Below are positions 28,282 through 35,829 of a stretch of 37,785 nt of DNA, piece after piece (position 1 is the first letter of the stretch; each line of letters starts with the position of its first letter). The position numbers and the translations under genes are program-made. The stretch comes from an uncultured Pseudomonadota bacterium (GTDB lineage: Bacteria; UBA10199; JADFYH01). The stretch lies in the NCBI GenBank assembly GCA_964470915.1, contig CAYYEM010000004.1:13185-50969 (forward strand). Reading direction: 5' to 3'. Below the pieces are notes generated by a model, which saw nothing but the letters and a program-made list of their open reading frames with translations, was not told where the DNA came from and did not search any database.

Positions 28282-30201
28282 CTATCGGATTCTCCGGCTG
28301 AATGTCAAGTTAAGAAGCGAGCTCCTTTTGAAGAATCGAAGCAAAAAAATGAGAGCTAAGTAAAAGCCATAAAGAGAAAGCGGTGAACTTGTTTGATTAG
28401 CTGATTTAACAAGTGAACAACCGCTGCCTTGAGCGCCAAAAACAGAGACTGTTACTGTAGCAGAATTGTTGGAAGTGTCATTGTCGATTACTTGAGCTGA
28501 AACGGTTGCTGTATTTTGGAATATGTTAGCAGTGATGGGTGTTACATTGAGAATAACCGTTGCGCTGGCACCTGATTCTATATCCCCAAGAGAACAGCTA
28601 ATGCTTGTCGTGCCTGTGCATGAGCCTTGGCTCACACTAATATTATTTAATTGTAAACCTGAGGCAAGTTCGTCGCTTACGTTGACTGCTCCTGCTGTGT
28701 CTGGACCTGAATTGTTTACAGTAATTGTAAAGTCAAAGCTGCTATTTGGATTTACAAACTCATCAGCTGTTTTTTGAATACTGAGATCGGCAGTGTTACC
28801 TAAATATCTTAAAATAATTTGTTGTCCGCCTGAACCTAATCCATTGCTGTCACCTACAACAAGAATTTTCCCATCGCTTTGAACGGAGGCAGCCCTTCCT
28901 GCATTGCTAGAGCCTGGGGCAGTATGTACAACACCAGGGGTGTTACCGTCAGGATTAAAGCTTGTATCGAGTTCTCCAGAGGAAAGCATTTTAACAAGTC
29001 CAATCTCAGTCCCCGAACTTCCGACAATGAAAACAGAATCATCATCTTGGATAGCGCTGTTGATAGCATTGACAGTAACAGAATCATTTGTGCCATCGAT
29101 ACCATTTGTATTAAATACTCCTGAACTTCCAAAAGTAGTATCGAGAGCTCCATTGCTAGATTGATATCGAACGGTGCTACTGGTGGTATCAGTACTTCCT
29201 ACCGCTACTATTTGCCCATTAGTTTGTAACTCCAGACTATAAAGAATATCTTGGCTTACACCCAACACATCTGTACTTACAATTCCATTAGTTCCAAAAG
29301 CAGTATCAAAACTTGCATCTGAGTTAAGCTTAATTAATGCAAAATCGAGTAAGTTGCCTGCATCAAAAGTGCCAACTCCTCCTACAGCAATTTGATCGGT
29401 TTCACTCAGATAAATAATAGAGAGCGGTATTTCAACACTAGGAGTTGAAAGTAAATTGAGCGTAAGAATGCCGGGCGTGCTTCCTGAAGGGTTGAAGCTG
29501 GTATCTAAACTGCCATCTGTGTTGATACGTATAATAGTAAAATCGAAAAAATTAGTAGGATCTATTGTGAGGCCGGCTAGAAGCATTTTATTGTCGCTTT
29601 GCACAGCAATAGAGTTTGCGCTGGAGACTACAGATGCAGTTTCGGGCTCGATAATGAGAGTCCCTGGAAGAGGTCCTGAAGCATTGAAAGTAGAATCTAA
29701 ACTTCCATCCGCATTATAAACACTGATTGCAAAGTTGGAATAGAAGTCAGGTGGATCTATGACCAACGAAGTACCAATCAAGACAATTTTTCCGTCAGGT
29801 CGAACCGCCATGTCTGTAGTAGCATCTGAGCTGAGGCTAAAAGTTCCATTATAGTTAGGTAAGAAATCAGTGGTTACTCTTCCACTGCTGCCAAAACTGG
29901 TATCAAGAGAACCATCTGAATTTAAGCGAGATAAAGTAAAGTCAGAATCAATGGATGCTGGTGTCAGAGTAGTGGCTGTCACCAAGCCACCTACATAAAT
30001 ATAACCATTTGAAAACTGCCTTACGCCTCTTGCTCCTGATGTCAGTATATCAGCATCAGGATAGAGGTCTGCAAAGGTAATGTAAGCGATTCCATCACTA
30101 TCAAAGCTAGTATCCAGATCACCTGGTGCGGTGAAAGCTGTAGGAGTATGGAGAATAAATTGAAGGCAAAGAGCAGAAATGAAAAATGATTTTTTTATCA
30201 T
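28282..30201 (-). CDS. Secreted delta-60-repeat (predicted beta-propeller) + DUF11-like domain protein with Cys-containing C-terminal TM/basic tail
   Basis: Signal peptide MIKKSFFISALCLQFILHTPTAFTA. Seven repeats of the L/F-D-[TS]-[STA]-F-x-x-x-G motif about 55-70 aa apart. DUF11-like ADLSIQKT...NNSGPD...V.D.L..GL. Tail is GSGCSL...LYGFYLALIFLLRFFKR. Confidence 0.85.
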   Translation of the reverse strand: MIKKSFFISALCLQFILHTPTAFTAPGDLDTSFDSDGIAYITFADLYPDADILTSGARGVRQFSNGYIYVGGLVTATTLTPASIDSDFTLSRLNSDGSLDTSFGSSGRVTTDFLPNYNGTFSLSSDATTDMAVRPDGKIVLIGTSLVIDPPDFYSNFAISVYNADGSLDSTFNASGPLPGTLIIEPETASVVSSANSIAVQSDNKMLLAGLTIDPTNFFDFTIIRINTDGSLDTSFNPSGSTPGILTLNLLSTPSVEIPLSIIYLSETDQIAVGGVGTFDAGNLLDFALIKLNSDASFDTAFGTNGIVSTDVLGVSQDILYSLELQTNGQIVAVGSTDTTSSTVRYQSSNGALDTTFGSSGVFNTNGIDGTNDSVTVNAINSAIQDDDSVFIVGSSGTEIGLVKMLSSGELDTSFNPDGNTPGVVHTAPGSSNAGRAASVQSDGKILVVGDSNGLGSGGQQIILRYLGNTADLSIQKTADEFVNPNSSFDFTITVNNSGPDTAGAVNVSDELASGLQLNNISVSQGSCTGTTSISCSLGDIESGASATVILNVTPITANIFQNTATVSAQVIDNDTSNNSATVTVSVFGAQGSGCSLVKSANQTSSPLSLYGFYLALIFLLRFFKRSSLLNLTFSRRIR

Positions 30202-30238
30202 GTGAATTCCTTATAAGAAAATAAATGGTAATATATTA

Positions 30239-30266
30239 ATTATAATACTATTTTTAATACTAACAA
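30239..30266 (-). promoter_or_regulatory. Candidate promoter of the delta-60 repeat gene
   Basis: On the minus strand: TTGTTA (30266-30261), 16 nt, then TATAAT (30244-30239). AAGGAA RBS before the ATG. Confidence 0.4.
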
Positions 30267-30278
30267 TTTAAATTAAAT

Positions 30279-30596
30279 TTAGGACTTTTGTCCCGGCTGA
30301 CTTTCATTTTTGTTGTCTAAAATCAGGATATACTCATTTGATTTAATGTAACCTAATTTTTCGCGCACCAGTCTTTCCGCGTTAGATGGGATTTTGAGGT
30401 GATTAATTTCTCGTGCCAGCTTTTGGTTGCTACGGTAAAGTTCTTGGTTTTCTTTTTGGACTTGGTCCCGAAGAGCATAAAGCTTTTTCAGTTTTACCAA
30501 GCCTTCCTCGCCGAAAATAGTGATCGTGGTAAAAAATCCAATCACTAAAATCCCTAAGAAAAAGAAAAGTCTCGATTTTTTTTTCACTTTTTTCAT
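30279..30596 (-). CDS. ftsB: Septum formation initiator (FtsB/DivIC family)
   Basis: 105 aa with an N-terminal TM helix, a coiled coil, and ...AERLVREKLGYIKSNEYIL. Confidence 0.8.
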   Translation of the reverse strand: MKKVKKKSRLFFFLGILVIGFFTTITIFGEEGLVKLKKLYALRDQVQKENQELYRSNQKLAREINHLKIPSNAERLVREKLGYIKSNEYILILDNKNESQPGQKS

Positions 30597-30605
30597 TTAT
30601 AAAAG

Positions 30606-31640
30606 CTAGAATAACACTTCTTGAGAAAGTTTGGTAGTAGGTTTTAAGCCAAAATGAAGATAGGCAAGTTCTGTGGCAATCCTGCCACGAGGGGTTCGCT
30701 GAAGAAAGCCACATTGTATCAAAAAAGGCTCGTAAACATCTTCTATAGTATCCTTTTCTTCGCTAATAGCACTTGATAAAGTATCAACCCCGACAGGTCC
30801 TCCTGAAAACTTTTCGATGATGGTCATAAGGATTTTACGATCCATATGATCAAAGCCCTTTTCATCTACTTCGAGCATCGAGAGAGCATCGTGGGCAACT
30901 TGGGGGGTGATAATGCCACCGGCTCTGACTTCAGCAAAATCTCTGACTCTTTTGAGCAAACGATTTACAATGCGTGGGGTGCCTCGTGAGCGTCTCGCGA
31001 TTTCATGTGCACCTTTTTTTTCAATTTCAATTCCTAAAAGCTTTGCGGAACGAAGCACGATGAGTTCTAGCTCTTCGGGTGAGTAAAAATCCAGACGTGC
31101 TACCACTCCAAAACGATCCCGCAAAGGGGAGGTGAGGAGGCCTGCTCGGGTAGTAGCTCCTATCAAGGTGAAACGAGGCAAATCTAGTTTGATGGTTTTG
31201 GCAGAAGGCCCCTGACCAATGAGAATATCGAGTTGATAATCTTCCATGGCAGGGTACAAGATTTCTTCGACCGTATGTGGTAGACGGTGAATTTCATCAA
31301 TAAATAAAATTTGTTTCTCTTCGAGGTTGGTGAGTAAAGCAGCCAGATCACCAGGGCGTTCAATCACTGGGCCAGAGGTTGATTTGATGCTAGAGCCCAT
31401 TTCATGAGCAATAATATGAGCAAGCGAAGTTTTTCCTAAGCCTGGGGGGCCATAAAATAAACAATGATCTAAAGCTTCTTTTCTTTTTCGCGCAGCTTCG
31501 ATGAATATTTTAAGCTTTTCTTTTACTTTTTCCTGCCCAATGTATTCTTCAAAAGTTTTAGGACGGAGTGAGTTTTCAATTTCTAACTCTTCAGGTTCAA
31601 GCGGTTTAGTTTCCATGTTTTGATTTGAACGAATAGTCAT
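30606..31640 (-). CDS. ruvB: Holliday junction branch migration ATPase RuvB
   Basis: 344 aa with Walker [12 protein letters not shown], ...LFIDEIHRL... and ...[18 protein letters not shown]. Confidence 0.97.
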   Translation of the reverse strand: MTIRSNQNMETKPLEPEELEIENSLRPKTFEEYIGQEKVKEKLKIFIEAARKRKEALDHCLFYGPPGLGKTSLAHIIAHEMGSSIKSTSGPVIERPGDLAALLTNLEEKQILFIDEIHRLPHTVEEILYPAMEDYQLDILIGQGPSAKTIKLDLPRFTLIGATTRAGLLTSPLRDRFGVVARLDFYSPEELELIVLRSAKLLGIEIEKKGAHEIARRSRGTPRIVNRLLKRVRDFAEVRAGGIITPQVAHDALSMLEVDEKGFDHMDRKILMTIIEKFSGGPVGVDTLSSAISEEKDTIEDVYEPFLIQCGFLQRTPRGRIATELAYLHFGLKPTTKLSQEVLF

Positions 31641-31644
31641 AATT

Positions 31645-32238
31645 TTACTTTGCGAGAACTTGTAAAGTTTCTTTGAGGCTTAATTCAAAATTTTGAGGAT
31701 CTCTGAGTTGAGTCGAATTTAGCTTTTTCTCAATTTCATTTCGATTATAGCCCAAATTTATCAAAGCAGAGATTAAATCTTCAGGTAAAGCCATTTTTTT
31801 TGCTTTTTGGTTTTCGGAGAAGGGCTCTTCAACAAGTTCTAAAAGTTTATCTTTGAGTTCTACAATGATTCTTTCAGCAGTTTTTTTACCAATTCCAGAA
31901 ATTGAAGTGAGTTTTGCTAGGTCTTCACAATAAATGGCCTGAATCAGCTCTTGAGCAGGCAGGCCTGCTAATATTGACATGGAAAGCTTTGGACCTATGC
32001 CCGAAACAGAAAGTAATTTCAGAAAAAGTTTTTTTTCGGCATGGCTTAAAAAACCAAAAAGGGAGATGTTATTTTCGCGTACTGAAGTGTAGATGACCAA
32101 AGTCACATTCCCTGTAATGTTTTGGAGCTTTTCAAGGGAGTTGCTTGGCATGAATACTTCATAACCCACTCCATTTGCTTCCAAAATGAGCGAGTCTTCT
32201 TGACGATGTACGATTCGTCCACTGAGCTGAGCAATCAT
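31645..32238 (-). CDS. ruvA: Holliday junction DNA-binding protein RuvA
   Basis: 197 aa with MIAQLSGRI..., HhH motifs ...[13 protein letters not shown]... and ...[13 protein letters not shown]... Confidence 0.96.
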   Translation of the reverse strand: MIAQLSGRIVHRQEDSLILEANGVGYEVFMPSNSLEKLQNITGNVTLVIYTSVRENNISLFGFLSHAEKKLFLKLLSVSGIGPKLSMSILAGLPAQELIQAIYCEDLAKLTSISGIGKKTAERIIVELKDKLLELVEEPFSENQKAKKMALPEDLISALINLGYNRNEIEKKLNSTQLRDPQNFELSLKETLQVLAK

Positions 32239-32738
32239 CGTCGGCCTCCTGCTATTTTTAATTTTTGATCCAATTTTAAACTATGAGCATGGCAAATAGC
32301 TACCGCTAAAGCATCGGAAGCATCGTAGTAAGTAATTTCAGGAAGTTTGAGCAGCTGTTTCACCATATGTTGAATTTGTTCTTTGCTGGCTCTTCCGTAG
32401 CCTACCACCGCTTGTTTAATGATAAGGGGAGTATACTCGTAGATGGGGAGCTTGAACTCCATGCTCGCTACCATCGCAGCTCCTCGAGCATGTCCTAGCT
32501 GAACAGTACTTTTTACATTTTTGGCATAAAAAATATTTTCAATGGCGACTTCATCCGGGGAAAATTTTTCAATCAACTCTTTAATTCCCTTAAAAATAGT
32601 ATGAAGTCGAGCAGGAAAGTTTTTGTCTGTTTTAGTAAAAATACCACCGTTATCGATGTGTTGTAAGTGGGATCCCTTTTTTTCCAGCACACCATATCCG
32701 GTGATATGGGAGCCTGGATCTATGCCGAGAATAATCAT
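32235..32738 (-). CDS. ruvC: Crossover junction endodeoxyribonuclease RuvC
   Basis: Start taken at MIILGIDPGS (ATG at 32738). The 15 upstream track codons run through a GC-rich repeat from a TTG start. 4-nt overlap with ruvA. Confidence 0.94.
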   Translation of the reverse strand: MIILGIDPGSHITGYGVLEKKGSHLQHIDNGGIFTKTDKNFPARLHTIFKGIKELIEKFSPDEVAIENIFYAKNVKSTVQLGHARGAAMVASMEFKLPIYEYTPLIIKQAVVGYGRASKEQIQHMVKQLLKLPEITYYDASDALAVAICHAHSLKLDQKLKIAGGRR

Positions 32739-32748
32739 ATTTAACCTG

Positions 32749-32795
32749 TAGGGGCGCCCCTTGGTGCGCCCTGGGCTCGGCAAACAGAGCCCCTA
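32749..32795. repeat. TAGGGRC-foot hairpin, copy D (composite, GC-rich)
   Basis: TAGGGGC (32749-32755) and GCCCCTA (32789-32795) enclose two sub-hairpins, GGGCGC/GCGCCC and GGGCTC/GAGCCC. Lies in the yebC-ruvC spacer. Confidence 0.6.
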
Positions 32796-32804
32796 CATTA
32801 ACAT

Positions 32805-33557
32805 TTATTCCGCAGACAACTTTTCCATTACCTCATCTGGGATATCAAAGTTAGCATATACTTTTTGAACGTCATCGTGTTCTTCCAAATTTTCCATTAG
32901 CTTAAGCATTTTTTCTGCATCAGTACCTGTAAGCTTGATGTGGGTTTTGGGGATCATCGAAACTTCAGAAGAAGTATAGGTGATTTGAGCTTCATCAAGA
33001 GCTTTTTTAACGACATCAAAGGTGGAGGGATCACAGGTAACTTGAAAATCATTCTCTCCTTCTTGAATATCTTCAGCGCCTGCTTCAAGAGCAACTTCCA
33101 TTAGTTTGTCTTCAGTCACTTTGGTTTTATCAAAATAAAAAACTCCTTTTTTCTCAAATGTCCAAGCGACGGAGCCAGACTCACCCATATTGCCGCCGCC
33201 TTTGCCTAGAATATTTCTTAGCTCTGAAACGGTGCGGTTTTTGTTATCGGTAAGCGATTCAATCATAATGGCCACACCTGCAGGGCCGTAAGCTTCATAG
33301 GTAATATCTTCGTAGCTCACTCCTTCGAGTTCACCAGTGCCTTTTTTAATTGCACGTTGAATATTATCCATGGGCATTGATTGAGCCCGTGCATCGTCAA
33401 TAGCTTTGCGTAAACGAGGGTTGCCAGTTGGATCTCCTCCACCCATTTTTGCAGCTACAGTAATGGCTTTGATCAGTTTAGTGAAGGCTTGGCCGCGCTT
33501 GGCATCGGCAGCGCCTTTTTTACGTTTAATAGTTGCCCATTTAGAATGTCCTGACAT
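32805..33557 (-). CDS. yebC: YebC/PmpR-family transcriptional regulator
   Basis: [22 protein letters not shown]..., with ATG at 33557 after AAAGGA. The track TTG start at 33578 is less likely. Confidence 0.95.
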   Translation of the reverse strand: MSGHSKWATIKRKKGAADAKRGQAFTKLIKAITVAAKMGGGDPTGNPRLRKAIDDARAQSMPMDNIQRAIKKGTGELEGVSYEDITYEAYGPAGVAIMIESLTDNKNRTVSELRNILGKGGGNMGESGSVAWTFEKKGVFYFDKTKVTEDKLMEVALEAGAEDIQEGENDFQVTCDPSTFDVVKKALDEAQITYTSSEVSMIPKTHIKLTGTDAEKMLKLMENLEEHDDVQKVYANFDIPDEVMEKLSAE

Positions 33558-33581
33558 GATGTAATCCTTTCTGTTCAATCA

Positions 33582-33650
33582 TAAGGGGCTTGCGTCGCCC
33601 CCTCCGCCAGCAAAGCTGCCAGAGCCTCCCCCTCCACGTCTATCGCCCTA
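33582..33650. repeat. GC-rich composite inverted-repeat island, possible TAGGGRC-foot family member (copy E)
   Basis: On the minus strand it reads TAGGGCG...GGAGGGGG...GGAGGGGG CGACGCAAGCCCCTTA. Contains the GGGGC-TTGCGTC-GCCCC hairpin. Sits between the ubiquitin-like gene and yebC. Confidence 0.4.
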
Positions 33651-33731
33651 GATTCAAAAAAAACTAACAGAGCCTATCTGGTGACTCAAGGGAAAAGATT
33701 GAGAATTAGTGCGATAGCTTCTTTTAAGCTT

Positions 33732-34037
33732 TTATTTTTCTTGTCCTTCTAATTTGATGACAAGAATCATATTAGTATTTTGGCTAATCTGGTAAGAAGC
33801 TAAGCTGGCATTGTCTTCAAGAGCTTTTCCTTCATAAAGCAGGCGTTGTTTTTTGACGGGGATCCCTTCTTTTACTTCGACCTTCTTTTTAACCATGAGA
33901 ATTGTATCTGAGGCGTTTGCTTCTACAGGAATCACTTTGCCGACTAGTGTTTTAATAGTTATTGTAAACGCTAAACAAAGATTAGCATTTAAAGATAAAA
34001 AGCCGAATGTGAATAATGTGAAAATGATTTTTTTCAT
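33732..34037 (-). CDS. Secreted ubiquitin-like protein (signal peptide + eukaryote-type ubiquitin fold, no C-terminal GG)
   Basis: AAGGAG 6 nt upstream of the ATG. Signal peptide MKKIIFTLFTFGFLSLNANLCLA. Mature residues 24-99 are 35/76 identical to ubiquitin in an ungapped hand alignment. Confidence 0.85.
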   Translation of the reverse strand: MKKIIFTLFTFGFLSLNANLCLAFTITIKTLVGKVIPVEANASDTILMVKKKVEVKEGIPVKKQRLLYEGKALEDNASLASYQISQNTNMILVIKLEGQEK

Positions 34038-34101
34038 TTTAACTCCTTATGAACTGAATTTTTATTTATCTTAATAAAAGCTGACAGATAAAGGCTAGAA
34101 C

Positions 34102-35772
34102 TTATTGAATACTGAAATTTTTCTCATAAACCAACTGCTTGGAAGAATTTTGGTCCCGGATAATGACTAAAATTTTATAAGTTCCTGTTTGAGGTTGAGG
34201 GGGAAGTAAAATTTGATTCGCGAAAAGTACGTGTTGAGTATTTTCAGAGACAGATTGTGAAAATTGTACCACGTCATTTTTGTCGACTAATAATTCTCCA
34301 TTGGGAGCTTCGATTTGTACGTCTTCTATTAACTCAATTTTCCCATTATTTTTTTGGAAGCCGGCTAGCTTAAAGAAAGCAAAAATTAAGTCTCCTGGGT
34401 GAAATAGTCCATCACTACGTATTTGGGTAGGATCGGGGCCAGCTGAAAAATAAAATTCACTGATTTTCAGTGTATTGCTAGTGCTTTGGGGTTTGGCGCC
34501 TGTTCTCGGTTTTGTGACAGGCATTTGAACAACAGGTTTTGAAATGGATTGAGTGTTTTGAGTTTTTAGCGAGGCTTGAGGGCTTACTTGAGTCAGAGAA
34601 GCAAGACTGGGCAGTTGAGAATGAAACCATTTCCGTTCTGGATTACGGCTAGACAAGAAAATTAAACAGAGGAGTATAAAAAATAAAATTCCTAGCGTAA
34701 TGGCGGCTTCTCGTTTGGGTTCTTTTTTTATGACGAGGGTTTCGGCAAGATAATCTCCTAAGCGTTGTTTGCGACGTGAGAGAATTAAAAAAGGATAGGC
34801 CAGAATAAAATCTAAAGGGCGAAGCAAATTTCGAATAATAGCGGCGGAGTTATCAAGAGATTCTCCATTTTCCAAAATGCTCTGTCGTTTAAGAATGATT
34901 TTTCCAGGTGTGCTTGAAACAGCTATTTCAAAAATCATGAAATAAGCAATGCTAATGACTGGTAACAATGCCATCCACACTTGAAAAGAAGCATGTTGAG
35001 GGTTTAACGAAGAGAGAAAAAACCAGATAAAGGCCGAAAAAAATAATAAATCAAGGAAGAAGCCCAGGGCTCTAATGAAAGTAGAAGCCAAAGTGATTCC
35101 TCGCAAATCGACAGAAGATGATTTTTTGCGTGGTTTTTTAATGACCACAGTTCGAGCGGCACGATCACCGAGCCTTTGATAGAAATGAGAACTTTCCATC
35201 GAGAGTACGGCAACTCCAAAAAAGAGAGGATAATCAAAAAGCCGACAAAGATTTCTCAGAAATACATTGGCAAGAGTCGGAGCGCCTCCATCGAGATCGA
35301 CTACCCGAAGTCGACACAAATATTTGCCAGGGGTGGCAGCACCTACACCTTCAAAGCTCACATAATAAAGCAGCACGAGGAGCATGCCTAAACACCACAA
35401 GCTCAGGGTGGCTAAAAAGGGCCAGCGTAACTGAAGATTAAGAAACCAAACTTGGTTAAAGAGCTTGGTAGTGAGTAAAGCTTGAAGGCCTATGAAAAGA
35501 TAAGTGAGCAGAAGGCTATCTATAAAAAAAGCAGCAAAACGATCTCGGGGCAGGGCTGCATGTAACGGAAAACGTCCTGTATCAAAAGGACTTAAGTCGA
35601 AAGAGTTAGAATCTACTTCTTCTAACGCTTTGCGTCTATTTTTTCTTGAAAAAAGACTCGACCTCTTGGTGAAAGCTACAGTTTCGTCATCGGCTTCAGG
35701 GGCTGTAACTTCTTTGCCTCCTTTTTCTTCGACGACGGTTAAGTCTTCTCCATCCTCCCAGTCTTTAGCCAT
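34102..35772 (-). CDS. Tandem RDD-domain membrane protein with C-terminal extracytoplasmic domain
   Basis: Two RDD-type modules: ...PRDRFAAFFIDSLL...TPGKYLCRLRVVD...QRLGDRAARTVVIK, then ...IRALGFFLDLLFF...TPGKIILKRQ...QRLGDYLAETLVIK. An extra TM helix, a Q/S/T/P-rich linker and a beta-rich domain of about 130 aa follow. Confidence 0.75.
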   Translation of the reverse strand: MAKDWEDGEDLTVVEEKGGKEVTAPEADDETVAFTKRSSLFSRKNRRKALEEVDSNSFDLSPFDTGRFPLHAALPRDRFAAFFIDSLLLTYLFIGLQALLTTKLFNQVWFLNLQLRWPFLATLSLWCLGMLLVLLYYVSFEGVGAATPGKYLCRLRVVDLDGGAPTLANVFLRNLCRLFDYPLFFGVAVLSMESSHFYQRLGDRAARTVVIKKPRKKSSSVDLRGITLASTFIRALGFFLDLLFFSAFIWFFLSSLNPQHASFQVWMALLPVISIAYFMIFEIAVSSTPGKIILKRQSILENGESLDNSAAIIRNLLRPLDFILAYPFLILSRRKQRLGDYLAETLVIKKEPKREAAITLGILFFILLCLIFLSSRNPERKWFHSQLPSLASLTQVSPQASLKTQNTQSISKPVVQMPVTKPRTGAKPQSTSNTLKISEFYFSAGPDPTQIRSDGLFHPGDLIFAFFKLAGFQKNNGKIELIEDVQIEAPNGELLVDKNDVVQFSQSVSENTQHVLFANQILLPPQPQTGTYKILVIIRDQNSSKQLVYEKNFSIQ

Positions 35773-35829
35773 AAGCCATATGGTAACTGTTTGAAATGAG
35801 AATGGAAAGTGAAGATTAATGGATTATTT

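Noticed and set aside
28523-29719. Plus-strand ORFs (28523-28777, 28879-29164, 29456-29719) and the minus alternate-frame ORF 28854-29153 within the delta-60 repeat gene.
   Set aside because: They are frame shadows of a repetitive Ser/Thr/Gly/Asp-rich gene. The 639-aa minus-strand frame has the signal peptide, the repeats and the domain logic.
30430-30714. 94-aa minus-strand ORF bridging ftsB and ruvB. The similar 35739-36023 ORF bridges the RDD and methyltransferase genes.
   Set aside because: They are alternative-frame overlaps with well-supported CDSs and have no independent signals.
33600-33645. C-runs (G-runs on the minus strand, GGAGGGGG twice) considered as a G-quadruplex.
   Set aside because: Only two long G-tracts are present. 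Four would be needed for an intramolecular G4.
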